Part shown: piece by piece, positions 1-8,419 of the stretch
Numbering within the stretch: position 1 is the first letter of the stretch
Layout of the letters: every line of letters starts with the position of its first letter
Assembly (NCBI GenBank): GCA_040235515.1
Contig: JBECKX010000086.1
Span: 1 to 42,938 of the forward strand
Source of the DNA: Candidatus Zixiibacteriota bacterium
GTDB taxonomy: Bacteria; Zixibacteria; MSB-5A5; CAIYYT01
Direction: 5' to 3'
Length of the DNA stretch: 42,938 bases
Position numbers and translations under genes: made by a program
The notes under the pieces: model-generated
What the model was told of the DNA's origin: nothing
The model's database searches: none
The model's input: the letters and a program-made list of their open reading frames with translations, nothing else

Positions 1-1
1 C

Positions 2-589
2 GATATCTTTACCGAGGCGGGTGTTTTTGATATCGATCAGTCGAGACGAATCATGCAGGCAGCGCTGGACCATGGTTTCGAATTGAAGTTCCACGCCGAT
101 GAACTGAAATCGATCGGCGGTGCTGAGTTGGCGGCTGAGTTGAATGCCGTCAGCGCCGACCACCTCGTATATATTTCGGATCAGGGGATCGAGCGAATGG
201 CTGCGGCGCAGACGATCGCCGTCTTCCTGCCTGCCACGACATTTTTCCTGGGACACAAGGAATACGCTCCAGCGCGCAAGATGATCGAACGGGGAGTGCC
301 GGTCTCGATAGCGACCGACTTCAATCCGGGATCATCCTGCACGACCTCTCTCCCTGCCACGATGACGATTGCGGCGATCTACCTCAAGATGACACCTGCA
401 GAGATCATGACAGCCGTCACTTACAATGCCGCCTGTGCCGTCGGCCTGGGAGAGAAGATCGGAGTTCTGGAACCGGGAATGCAGGCGGACCTGGTTCTCT
501 GGGACGTAACCGACTACTCGCAGATACCATATCTTTTTGCACAGAATCCTGTTAAGGCCGTTTATAAACGGGGACGACAAGTCGTATGA
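2..589 (+). CDS. hutI: Imidazolonepropionase (5'-truncated by window edge)
   Basis: Open frame from base 2 (DIFTEAGVF...), with KFHADEL, SADHL, ATDFNPGSS and G.LEPG.QADLV motifs of the HutI amidohydrolase. Confidence 0.92.
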   Translation, partial: DIFTEAGVFDIDQSRRIMQAALDHGFELKFHADELKSIGGAELAAELNAVSADHLVYISDQGIERMAAAQTIAVFLPATTFFLGHKEYAPARKMIERGVPVSIATDFNPGSSCTTSLPATMTIAAIYLKMTPAEIMTAVTYNAACAVGLGEKIGVLEPGMQADLVLWDVTDYSQIPYLFAQNPVKAVYKRGRQVV

Positions 590-1098
590 GGTTGAACTCG
601 CCGGCGATCAAGTGGCTCATTCTCTCCCTGGGCGGCATGCTGATTGCCGCAGCCGCGACCGGGTGTGGCGTCTATTCGTTCTCGACCACCGCACTCGGCG
701 GAGTGAAATCGATTTCCGTTCCACAATTCGAGAACGAATCGACCGAGTATGGCATCAATGAGGACCTCACCACCGAACTGATCAATCGCTTCATCGAGGA
801 CAATACGCTGAAAGTTGCCGCTGCGGGTGATGCCGATGCCGTCCTGCGCGGGCGGATTGTCAGCTATGAACGAAACGCCTACACTTATGAGCTCGGCGAT
901 GTGGTTAACGAATACAAGGTGAATATTGTCATAGCCTATGTGATTGAACGCAAGGATGGGAAGATTCTGGTCGACAAATCTGGTGTGCTCGGCTGGGGGA
1001 TTTACAATGTCAGCACCGGGTCCGAGGAGGAGGCGCAGCTCGAGGCTATCACCAAGCTGGCACGCGACATCGTCGATGAAACAACCAGGAGTTGGTAA
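586..1098 (+). CDS. lptE: LptE-family LPS assembly lipoprotein
   Basis: Lipobox ATGC, then YSFS...KSISVPQFENES...LTTELINRF...DADAVLRGRI, a pattern typical of FCB/delta LptE-like proteins. ATGA overlap with hutI stop. Confidence 0.75.
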   Translation: MRLNSPAIKWLILSLGGMLIAAAATGCGVYSFSTTALGGVKSISVPQFENESTEYGINEDLTTELINRFIEDNTLKVAAAGDADAVLRGRIVSYERNAYTYELGDVVNEYKVNIVIAYVIERKDGKILVDKSGVLGWGIYNVSTGSEEEAQLEAITKLARDIVDETTRSW

Positions 1099-1138
1099 GC
1101 CGCGATCCGCAGGAGACAGGCGAGGTTGCGGATACGAA

Positions 1139-1167
1139 TTGATCAATGTATTGAACTGAATTATAGT
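1139..1167 (+). promoter_or_regulatory. Putative sigma70 promoter for the PorV-like gene
   Basis: TTGATC (1139-1144) - 17 nt - TATAGT (1162-1167). Confidence 0.55.
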
Positions 1168-1409
1168 ACCGTCACTGATTGGCGGGACAAAGATCACCAG
1201 ACTAGGTCTGCAGATGGAGTGGTTTGCATCCCGGCGGAGATTCGGATGAATTGTCCGTAGATGCCAGGAACTTATCGAGACGATCGGCATTTAATTTACA
1301 GATGCCTTGAATTATGAAAAGCTGGTCCGAAACTCTGTGGGAACGATATAGTCGACTCGTCATCGAGCCACGAAACAGACTTGCGGGACAACTCAAGCGG
1401 AGAAGATTG

Positions 1410-2411
1410 ATGAAATCGAAAACAGTCTTTCTTGTTATGGTTGCGGTGGCATTGTTGGCCGCAACAGCATTTGCCGGCAACTCCAACACCGGTACGACGG
1501 CCTACTCCTTTTTGAAGCTTGGCACCGGTGCCCGCGCCCTCTCGATGGGAGGAGCTTTCGCGGGACTAGCCGATGATGAGTCAGCCATCTACTACAACCC
1601 CGCCGGTTTGACCGGAATGATGAATCGCGCCTTCTCGGCCTCCTACATGAACTACATCGCCGATATCCAATCTGGGAATTTGATGTTTGTCATGCCGCGC
1701 GGTACGGTCGAGATCGATCAGACCAGCGACCTCTACTACGATGAAGAACCGCTGCCACCAACTTCGGAATCCGCGATCGCCTTTTCACTGGTCTACCTGA
1801 ACTATGGCACCATCGATGAGACTAACGGCAATGGCGACGTCGTTGGCGATTTCGGTGGTTCAGACATGGCTTTCTCAGCAACTTACGCACGCCAGGTGAG
1901 TCCCCAGCTTTCGATCGGAGCCTCCGGCAAGCTGATCTACGAGAAGATCGATGAGTATTCCTCTACCGGTGTGGCAGCCGACCTTGGTCTGCTTTATCGC
2001 TTCAAGGATGGTCGCACCCGTGCCGGTATCTCCGCTACCAACCTCGGCGCCCAGCTTTCGGGGTTGAATGATGACCACAAAGACCCGCTCCCGATTCTGC
2101 TGCGCGCCGGACTCTCACACACCCTGCGGGGTACGCCGTTGACGGTCGCAGGTGAGGGTGTATTTCCGACTGACAACGACCTTTACGGTTCAATCGGTGT
2201 AGAATTCAATCCTGATATGCCGATCGCGCTGCGAGCGGGATATACCTCCTTCGGCTCTAACTACAAGACAGACGGCGGCTCGGACGGCACAGCGGGCTTC
2301 GCTTTTGGCGCAGGGTTTACCTTGCCGCAAGTGGCGGTAGACTACGCCTTTGTGCCGTATGCCGATCTCGGCTCTCTCCATCGGATCAACTTCGCGTATC
2401 GGTGGCAGTAA
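1410..2411 (+). CDS. PorV/PorQ-family outer-membrane beta-barrel protein
   Basis: Signal peptide, then FLKLGTGARALSMGGAF and AIYYNPAGL motifs, amphipathic beta-strands and C-terminal DLGSLHRINFAYRW. Start moved to ATG 1410 (GGAGA upstream). Confidence 0.85.
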   Translation: MKSKTVFLVMVAVALLAATAFAGNSNTGTTAYSFLKLGTGARALSMGGAFAGLADDESAIYYNPAGLTGMMNRAFSASYMNYIADIQSGNLMFVMPRGTVEIDQTSDLYYDEEPLPPTSESAIAFSLVYLNYGTIDETNGNGDVVGDFGGSDMAFSATYARQVSPQLSIGASGKLIYEKIDEYSSTGVAADLGLLYRFKDGRTRAGISATNLGAQLSGLNDDHKDPLPILLRAGLSHTLRGTPLTVAGEGVFPTDNDLYGSIGVEFNPDMPIALRAGYTSFGSNYKTDGGSDGTAGFAFGAGFTLPQVAVDYAFVPYADLGSLHRINFAYRWQ

Positions 2412-2483
2412 GCGTATGCCCTCAGGCAAGCGGAACTGGTTCTGATCATGATGATTGGTCAACGCAGATCGCCTGGTTCATCA

Positions 2484-2969
2484 ATGCGAACCTCACCATC
2501 TGACCACCCGGTTCAAATTCTCATACTCTTTACTATCATAGTTCCCCTGGTAGCGATAACACTGGTCGCATGTGGCGGGAGCGAGACCATGACCTCCTCG
2601 CCGCGTGAGCGCGTCCTGGAGTTTGTCAAAGAGGTCCAGGCCGACACCCTTCCAGACATCAGTAAATACCTCGACTTCGATTCGGTAGCCACCTACGAAT
2701 ACAGCGAATCGCGTTACGACACCCTGAGCCCGCTCCAGAAGAAAGAGTTGCTGGTACGCGAGTTTACGGGTCGCGGGGCGTACATGACCAGTTGGCGCAA
2801 CTCACAGATTGTCGTTAGCAACGAGATGCTGGAAAACGACACCACCGCATTGGTGCAGGTATCCTTCATCGACCGCAATACGCGTGTTCAGTATGTCAGC
2901 CAGATGCGCCTCAAGAAGCGCAACAACTGGTGGTTGATCACCGACTTCCGAGCAAACCAGCCTCACTAA
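2484..2969 (+). CDS. Hypothetical lipoprotein (NTF2-like/DUF4878-like)
   Basis: Lipobox LVAC and C-terminal 'LKKRNNWWLITDF' typical of NTF2-like lipoproteins. Start uncertain (2448 or 2484). Confidence 0.55.
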   Translation: MRTSPSDHPVQILILFTIIVPLVAITLVACGGSETMTSSPRERVLEFVKEVQADTLPDISKYLDFDSVATYEYSESRYDTLSPLQKKELLVREFTGRGAYMTSWRNSQIVVSNEMLENDTTALVQVSFIDRNTRVQYVSQMRLKKRNNWWLITDFRANQPH

Positions 2970-3038
2970 AGGCTTTACCGCAGAGAAATCAGGAAGATGC
3001 AAACTCCCACCAGATCTGCCGCGTTTGAGAATCAAGCT

Positions 3039-3461
3039 ATGAATCCCCGTATCTCTCTGAGATTCATAGCGATAGTCATTGCCATCCAGATTCTGCTGGC
3101 TCTCAACCTCTCTTGCAGCGGTGGTGGCTCCGCTACAATCGAGGAGGTTTCAGTTGGAGAATTGCACAACATTCTTGCACGCGACACAACCGTCAACCTT
3201 ATCGACGTGCGGACCTTGAAAGAGTATCGCGCCGCGCATGTTCCGTATGTAAAGGAAAGACTCGACTACGAAGACATCGTCTCCAGCATTGATACGCTCA
3301 AGTTCCCGAAGAACGAACCCATCTACCTCATCTGTCGCACCGGACGGCGTAGCGCCATCGCAGCCACCGCGCTCTCCAAAGCCGGATACCGCAATCCCAT
3401 CAATGTTTTGGGTGGGACCACCGCCTGGCAACAATCAGGCTATCAGGTGATTAAACACTGA
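3039..3461 (+). CDS. Rhodanese-domain lipoprotein
   Basis: Lipobox NLSC, LIDVRT..EY...HVP, active-site loop CRTGRRS and VLGGTTAW. Start 2997 also possible. Confidence 0.88.
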   Translation: MNPRISLRFIAIVIAIQILLALNLSCSGGGSATIEEVSVGELHNILARDTTVNLIDVRTLKEYRAAHVPYVKERLDYEDIVSSIDTLKFPKNEPIYLICRTGRRSAIAATALSKAGYRNPINVLGGTTAWQQSGYQVIKH

Positions 3462-3681
3462 TCCCTTTGTCGACGTCTCACTCATCGGATTATAGTTAAC
3501 GCCCCGGGTTTCCGACCGCAGCACATTCGCTGTTGCGGGCAGGGCAGCATTTTGTTTTGGCGGAAGCGACTCAGCACCACTATTTGTGCCTGCTTGACAG
3601 CGTCGTTGACTGAGAATGGTGAAGTCCGTTAGTCAAAGTCAGGCAGCAGATTGGACGAAATTCCGCAAGCCAAAAAATCCC

Positions 3682-3710
3682 TTGCTTTTCCCTGGGGTCT
3701 TTTATATGGT
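3682..3710 (+). promoter_or_regulatory. Putative sigma70 promoter for the lipoprotein triplet
   Basis: TTGCTT (3682-3687) - 17 nt - TATGGT (3705-3710), with an A-tract upstream. Confidence 0.4.
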
Positions 3711-3764
3711 GGCGTCTGTTATTTTTCAGGGCACATGGGGTTTATAGGATTTATGGAGGAGACG

Positions 3765-4817
3765 ATGACGGTCGGGAAGTCAGTATCTCGCTGGCTTGGG
3801 TTGACCTTGCTGGTGACCGCGCTCGTACTAGGCTGTGAAGGTGATGAAGGCCCGATGGGTCCACGGGGATTTGACGGAACTCAGGGCGATCCGGGACAGA
3901 ATCGCACGGCCGACCCAATTGCAGATCAAGTTTTTGGTATTCTGATTAACAACTCCACAGCGGTAGACTTCAACGGGGCGATGATGGTCCAGCTTACGTC
4001 TGATGCAAGCGCGACTCCGTCCGCTTCACGCGTTGTCGCTCGCGACCTCGAGAAGGCGCCGGTCATCGATGGCATCGATGGAGGAACTGCAGAGTGGGGT
4101 GATGCTGTCGCATCGAATATCACCCTGTCAACGATCGCAGGGGCAGACAACGGAGTATCGTCCGTTTCGATGCGCGTTGGCTACAACTTCGAGAATGTTT
4201 ACGTGCAGTTGAAGTGGACTGAAACCGCAACCGCACCCTTTGTCATAAAAGCTGATACAACCAAGAACCAGTGGCGCGCCTCCAGTGCGACTAGCTGGTC
4301 GCAGTCGGGCGGAGAGGATCGAGTGATTCTCGCGTTCGAGATCAATGATATCACCGGCTGGAACAGTGAAGGACTTGGTGCAATCTTTGATGGCGCTACC
4401 TTCGCCACCCCGGCTGAGGGTGAGATCGCGGACCTCTGGGAGTGGGGCTCCACGGTGAATTACTACTTTGAGCTGGCGCAGGATCGCGTTGTGCGGGATG
4501 CCGGCAACGGTGGACTTGCTGATGACGTCGGCGGGCCGTACGTCTGGCTCAATGATCGCTTCAACAGCAGACCGCGTTACATGCGTGCGAACTCACCGAT
4601 TACGGGTTCAGATTACCCGCTCTATGATTTTGAGTATACAAGTTTCGTGCGCACGCTCGCCTGGCGAGCCGGCGCAACGATACCGGGTTATGTTTACCTG
4701 GAGCCGTCACGTTCTGCGGCCAATGTTCTTGCCGTCGGAAAATTCTCGAATGGTACCTGGACGGTGGAACTTCAGCGCAAGCGCAGAACCGGACAGGCTG
4801 ACGACGCAATCCTGTAG
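3765..4817 (+). CDS. Collagen-repeat lipoprotein with ethylbenzene-dehydrogenase-gamma-like (EB_dh/DOMON) domain, paralog 1
   Basis: GGAGGA SD before ATG 3765. Lipobox VLGC, G-X-Y repeats, PVIDGIDG..EW, EDR, DLWEW and C-terminal GTWTVELQRKRRTG..DD. No heme-c motif. Confidence 0.7.
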   Translation: MTVGKSVSRWLGLTLLVTALVLGCEGDEGPMGPRGFDGTQGDPGQNRTADPIADQVFGILINNSTAVDFNGAMMVQLTSDASATPSASRVVARDLEKAPVIDGIDGGTAEWGDAVASNITLSTIAGADNGVSSVSMRVGYNFENVYVQLKWTETATAPFVIKADTTKNQWRASSATSWSQSGGEDRVILAFEINDITGWNSEGLGAIFDGATFATPAEGEIADLWEWGSTVNYYFELAQDRVVRDAGNGGLADDVGGPYVWLNDRFNSRPRYMRANSPITGSDYPLYDFEYTSFVRTLAWRAGATIPGYVYLEPSRSAANVLAVGKFSNGTWTVELQRKRRTGQADDAIL

Positions 4818-5014
4818 GTTGTCGCGATCGCGGCTGGGATCTGGTTACGGTCACAGCACGATTGCTGGCGCCCGAAACTCGCTAAGTGAATCGATAGTCG
4901 AATTGAAATATCTGGCTGATACACTTCATAGTTTGGATGATTTTGATACACCTGGTTATTGCGATTTTGGTTTTCCCAATCAGTGTGCCGGTAGAGGTAT
5001 CAGGGAGGAAATAG

Positions 5015-6328
5015 ATGCGTAAGTGGTATATGGTTGCCTTTTGTCTGATCACTGCTTTTGGCATCCTGGCAATGTTGGGTTGTGAGGGTGATGCCGGACA
5101 GCCCGGAAATCAAGGCCTGGTTGGTCCTCCCGGTGATTCCGGTATTGACCTGACAAAACTGCAGCCCGCTGATAGACCGATCGGAGTGGGGCTTACGAAT
5201 AGTTCGTTCAACGGAGTCGAGGGCGTCAAGTCGCTGTGGCTCACGTTTAATGAAGCGGCACGTGGTCGTCCCGACACACTGGCAGCTTCCCGCTTGGAAA
5301 ACCCGCCGCTTATCGATGGTATCGACGGAACCGAAGCCGAATGGGGCGAGAAGCAGTCGCGCGTCCGTCTGGCGTTTTTGAATCCCGATCCGAACGTGCT
5401 CGATCCTACCATCTATGATCTGGTGGCACGGGCCGGATACGATGATGAGAACGTCTACTTCTTCTTCTCATGGAAAGAAATCAATATCACTGTCAGAACC
5501 GAGGATGGCCGCGACACCACACTCGTGGACGCGATTCCCTCCCGCGCCGTCAGAGAACTTTTCTTCGACAACACGGCGCAGATTATAGATGATATCGATA
5601 CGTTGCAGGAAGGCGGCGGCGGTCAGGATCTGATCACCGATACAACCTTCTTCAAGTGGGTGAGAATCGATACCGTTAGCGCAGATACATTGATCTGCAT
5701 TGACAGTATTCCTTCCACGCCGGAGTTTGATTCCCTCTGCGTGCTCGCAAACGTTGTCGCCGATTCGTCTTTGCTCTGGCGTTCCTGGCGTGAGGGAGAG
5801 GATCGACTCGTCGTGTTCTTCAATGGCGCTGAGGACCCGGTCGCCAATTGGCTCGATCTCGCTTTCGCCGAGTTCTTCGATTTCCCGGGCGGTGCTAATC
5901 TGCCGGCTGGGTATGATGTCGATGTCTGGGCGTGGGGGTCTGGCACCTCCGACCCGGTGTATATCGCCGATGATTGGCATATCACTTCAAGCGGCAAGCG
6001 ACCCGACCTAGGTGCCCCGCCATACCTTGACAACTATGTGCTCCCAGATTCGACGCCGCGATTTATGCATTTTCGCGACCCGAACTATAAAACAGAATTG
6101 AATCTTGATACGGATCTTTTCCCGTTCTGGTACTATGACGCCGTTGGTTATTCATTCAGTGGATGGCAGAAGAACCGCGGCTGCTTTGTCGCGGGATATG
6201 TTACCACGATCCCATCCGGTAGCCGGGCAGATGTCTATGCAGCTTCCACCTTCGAATCCGCCACCGGTTGGGTGCTGGAATTGAAACGTGCCCGCAGGAC
6301 CAATAACGGTGATGACGTTGTTTTCTAG
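5015..6328 (+). CDS. Collagen-repeat lipoprotein with EB_dh/DOMON-like domain, paralog 2
   Basis: GGAGG SD. Lipobox MLGC, G-X-Y repeats, PLIDGIDG..EW, YDDENVYFFFSW, EDR, DVWAW and GSRADV...GWVLELKRARRT..DDVVF. Has a long acidic insertion. Confidence 0.7.
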   Translation: MRKWYMVAFCLITAFGILAMLGCEGDAGQPGNQGLVGPPGDSGIDLTKLQPADRPIGVGLTNSSFNGVEGVKSLWLTFNEAARGRPDTLAASRLENPPLIDGIDGTEAEWGEKQSRVRLAFLNPDPNVLDPTIYDLVARAGYDDENVYFFFSWKEINITVRTEDGRDTTLVDAIPSRAVRELFFDNTAQIIDDIDTLQEGGGGQDLITDTTFFKWVRIDTVSADTLICIDSIPSTPEFDSLCVLANVVADSSLLWRSWREGEDRLVVFFNGAEDPVANWLDLAFAEFFDFPGGANLPAGYDVDVWAWGSGTSDPVYIADDWHITSSGKRPDLGAPPYLDNYVLPDSTPRFMHFRDPNYKTELNLDTDLFPFWYYDAVGYSFSGWQKNRGCFVAGYVTTIPSGSRADVYAASTFESATGWVLELKRARRTNNGDDVVF

Positions 6329-6340
6329 GAGGATCCAGTA

Positions 6341-7477
6341 GTGACTCGCAAAACGTTTAAATACTCGATAATTTTCCTCGCTGCTCTCGGCTTGTTCGGG
6401 CTCTTGATTCTCGCCGGCTGCGAGGGTGTCAGCGGACCTCGAGGTGACAACGGTCCCCCCGGTGAAAATGGCCCCGACTACCAGGATCCGACACCGGAGA
6501 ATCGTTTCTTCTCGCTCGCCGTTACAAACAAGTCGATGGCCGAGCATAATGGTGCCCCGAAACTCTACCTCTCTTTCGATGGTGAGCACACGGCTGCCGG
6601 AGATACAGTGGTTTCGGTCAGACTGGAAGATACCGACCCGGTTCCGGCCGTCGATGGTGTCGATGGTGGCAGCCAGGAGTGGGCGGGCCCGGCCACTACG
6701 GTAAAGCTCTACAAGGCTGCCGGCACATTCAACTTCATCGAGGCTGCTACCGTACGTTCAGCTTTTGATGAGGAGTATGTTTACTTCCAGGTGAAATGGA
6801 CCGAGGTCGCTAATGAGCAGTATGGGCTCGAAGTGGGTCTTTCCGATCGCCCGGCTTACTTGATCTATCCCCAGGGTGGCACCGGCAACGCCGCCGTCTG
6901 GGACTATGAAGAGGGCAATGAAGACCGCGTGCTCCTGCTCTTTGAGATCACACCGGTCACACGCTATGCCTCAGATGGCTGCTTTGTGACCTGCCACACC
7001 GACGATGAAGCAATCGAGCGTAACTATCATGCAACTCGCGCCGGCGGCGAATGGATGGATGTCTGGATGTGGGGTGCGGCGCTGACGAACCCGACCGGTT
7101 ATCTGCGCGATCAATACATGACCAGCTCGCCCAGCCTGAACGTACTCGATGATAACGGACTGCCGCTCCTGCTCAGCAATATGACGCTCGAGCGCGATAA
7201 TCTGGGCGTGATCACACGGAGGCAGCCGACCTATCAGGCCCTCGGCGATCCCAACCTGAACTCCAGCTATCCGCTCTGGCCGTGGCAGATTGTCAGAGTC
7301 AGCACCAGCGGATGGGTTGCGGGATCTCAGGTCCCGGCCTTTATCTCGAATCCGAATCCGAGCAACAGCGCCGGCGATGTCGAAGCTCAGGGCACGTTTG
7401 ATGCCGATTCCGGTACCTGGACCGTTGAGATGCGCCGTGCACGCCGCACCGGCAACGGCGACGACGTTCAGTTCTAG
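6341..7477 (+). CDS. Collagen-repeat lipoprotein with EB_dh/DOMON-like domain and CX3CH motif, paralog 3 (putative cytochrome)
   Basis: AGGAGG SD and GTG start. Lipobox LAGC, G-X-Y repeats, EDR, GCFVTCH, DVWMW..TNPTG and GTWTVEMRRARRTG..DDVQF. Confidence 0.75.
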   Translation: MTRKTFKYSIIFLAALGLFGLLILAGCEGVSGPRGDNGPPGENGPDYQDPTPENRFFSLAVTNKSMAEHNGAPKLYLSFDGEHTAAGDTVVSVRLEDTDPVPAVDGVDGGSQEWAGPATTVKLYKAAGTFNFIEAATVRSAFDEEYVYFQVKWTEVANEQYGLEVGLSDRPAYLIYPQGGTGNAAVWDYEEGNEDRVLLLFEITPVTRYASDGCFVTCHTDDEAIERNYHATRAGGEWMDVWMWGAALTNPTGYLRDQYMTSSPSLNVLDDNGLPLLLSNMTLERDNLGVITRRQPTYQALGDPNLNSSYPLWPWQIVRVSTSGWVAGSQVPAFISNPNPSNSAGDVEAQGTFDADSGTWTVEMRRARRTGNGDDVQF

Positions 7478-7534
7478 GAGTCACTCCCAGGGACCTGATT
7501 CGCAGATTTGACAAATCAAATTTGAGAAATCCAG

Positions 7535-7566
7535 CAGCCGCCGTCACTTTGATGGCGGCTGTTTTC
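7535..7566 (+). terminator. Rho-independent terminator after the lipoprotein triplet
   Basis: Stem CAGCCGCCGTCA / TGATGGCGGCTG (one G-U pair) followed by TTTT. Confidence 0.75.
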
Positions 7567-7631
7567 AATTGTCTTCAATTTGTGCTGATAGCTCAAGAGT
7601 GCAGACAAAACGGCACGCGAAGGATTCGACC

Positions 7632-8267
7632 ATGGACGACGACTCGGAGATCTTTCAGCAGTTTCAGGAACAGGTTAACCGGCGCGGCGATATGCTCAAG
7701 CTCAAAGGTAAGACGATCTATCTGCGGAAACTTCAAATGAATGACGCAGCCGAAATGTTTGCGGCCATCGAGGAGAGCCGCAACGAACTCAATGAATTCT
7801 TCGTCTGGTCCCCACTCGTGCGCGCCGTCAAAGATAGCGAAGAGTTTATCAAGAGCAGGCGGAAGATCACGGTTAAGGGACGCGAACTGCTGCTGGGAAT
7901 CTTTACGTCAGATTCCGAGCGCTACCTCGGTAACGTCGGGCTGCATCCGGTTCCGGCCTCCCCGCACTCTGCTGAGGTAGGGTACTGGGTACGAACCTCC
8001 GCAGTCGGCAGGGGAGTGGCCACCGCAGCGGCCGCACTGGTGACGGTGGCGGCGTTCGAGGAGTTTCGCTATCATCGTCTGGTGTTGCGGGCAGCCACCG
8101 ATAATGTTGCTTCGAATCGGGTTGCGGAGAAGCTTGGCATGAAACTCGGTGGCGTTCAGCGCCACGAACTGCAAGTTTTGCGGGGCTATCTTGATCTTAA
8201 CTACTACACGTTGCTCGATCGCGAGTACCGAGAACTGGCAGATTCGATCAAAGCTCGTCTGATCTGA
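7632..8267 (+). CDS. GNAT N-acetyltransferase, RimJ/RimL family
   Basis: AEVGYWV...GRGVAT and N.AS.RVAEKLG motifs. Start at 7632 (AGGA upstream) or 7692. Confidence 0.88.
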   Translation: MDDDSEIFQQFQEQVNRRGDMLKLKGKTIYLRKLQMNDAAEMFAAIEESRNELNEFFVWSPLVRAVKDSEEFIKSRRKITVKGRELLLGIFTSDSERYLGNVGLHPVPASPHSAEVGYWVRTSAVGRGVATAAAALVTVAAFEEFRYHRLVLRAATDNVASNRVAEKLGMKLGGVQRHELQVLRGYLDLNYYTLLDREYRELADSIKARLI

Positions 8268-8419
8268 TTCACCTAAACTGCGGGGCGCCACCCGAGCCGC
8301 AGCTCTACCACCCGGTGAAAAACCGCGAGTTGGTCACCACTTTATCCCGCTTCAACTGACAAGAATTGTCAGCCATGTTCCCTATACTCCTGTCTGAACA
8401 AAAGGAAAGGACAGTTGGG

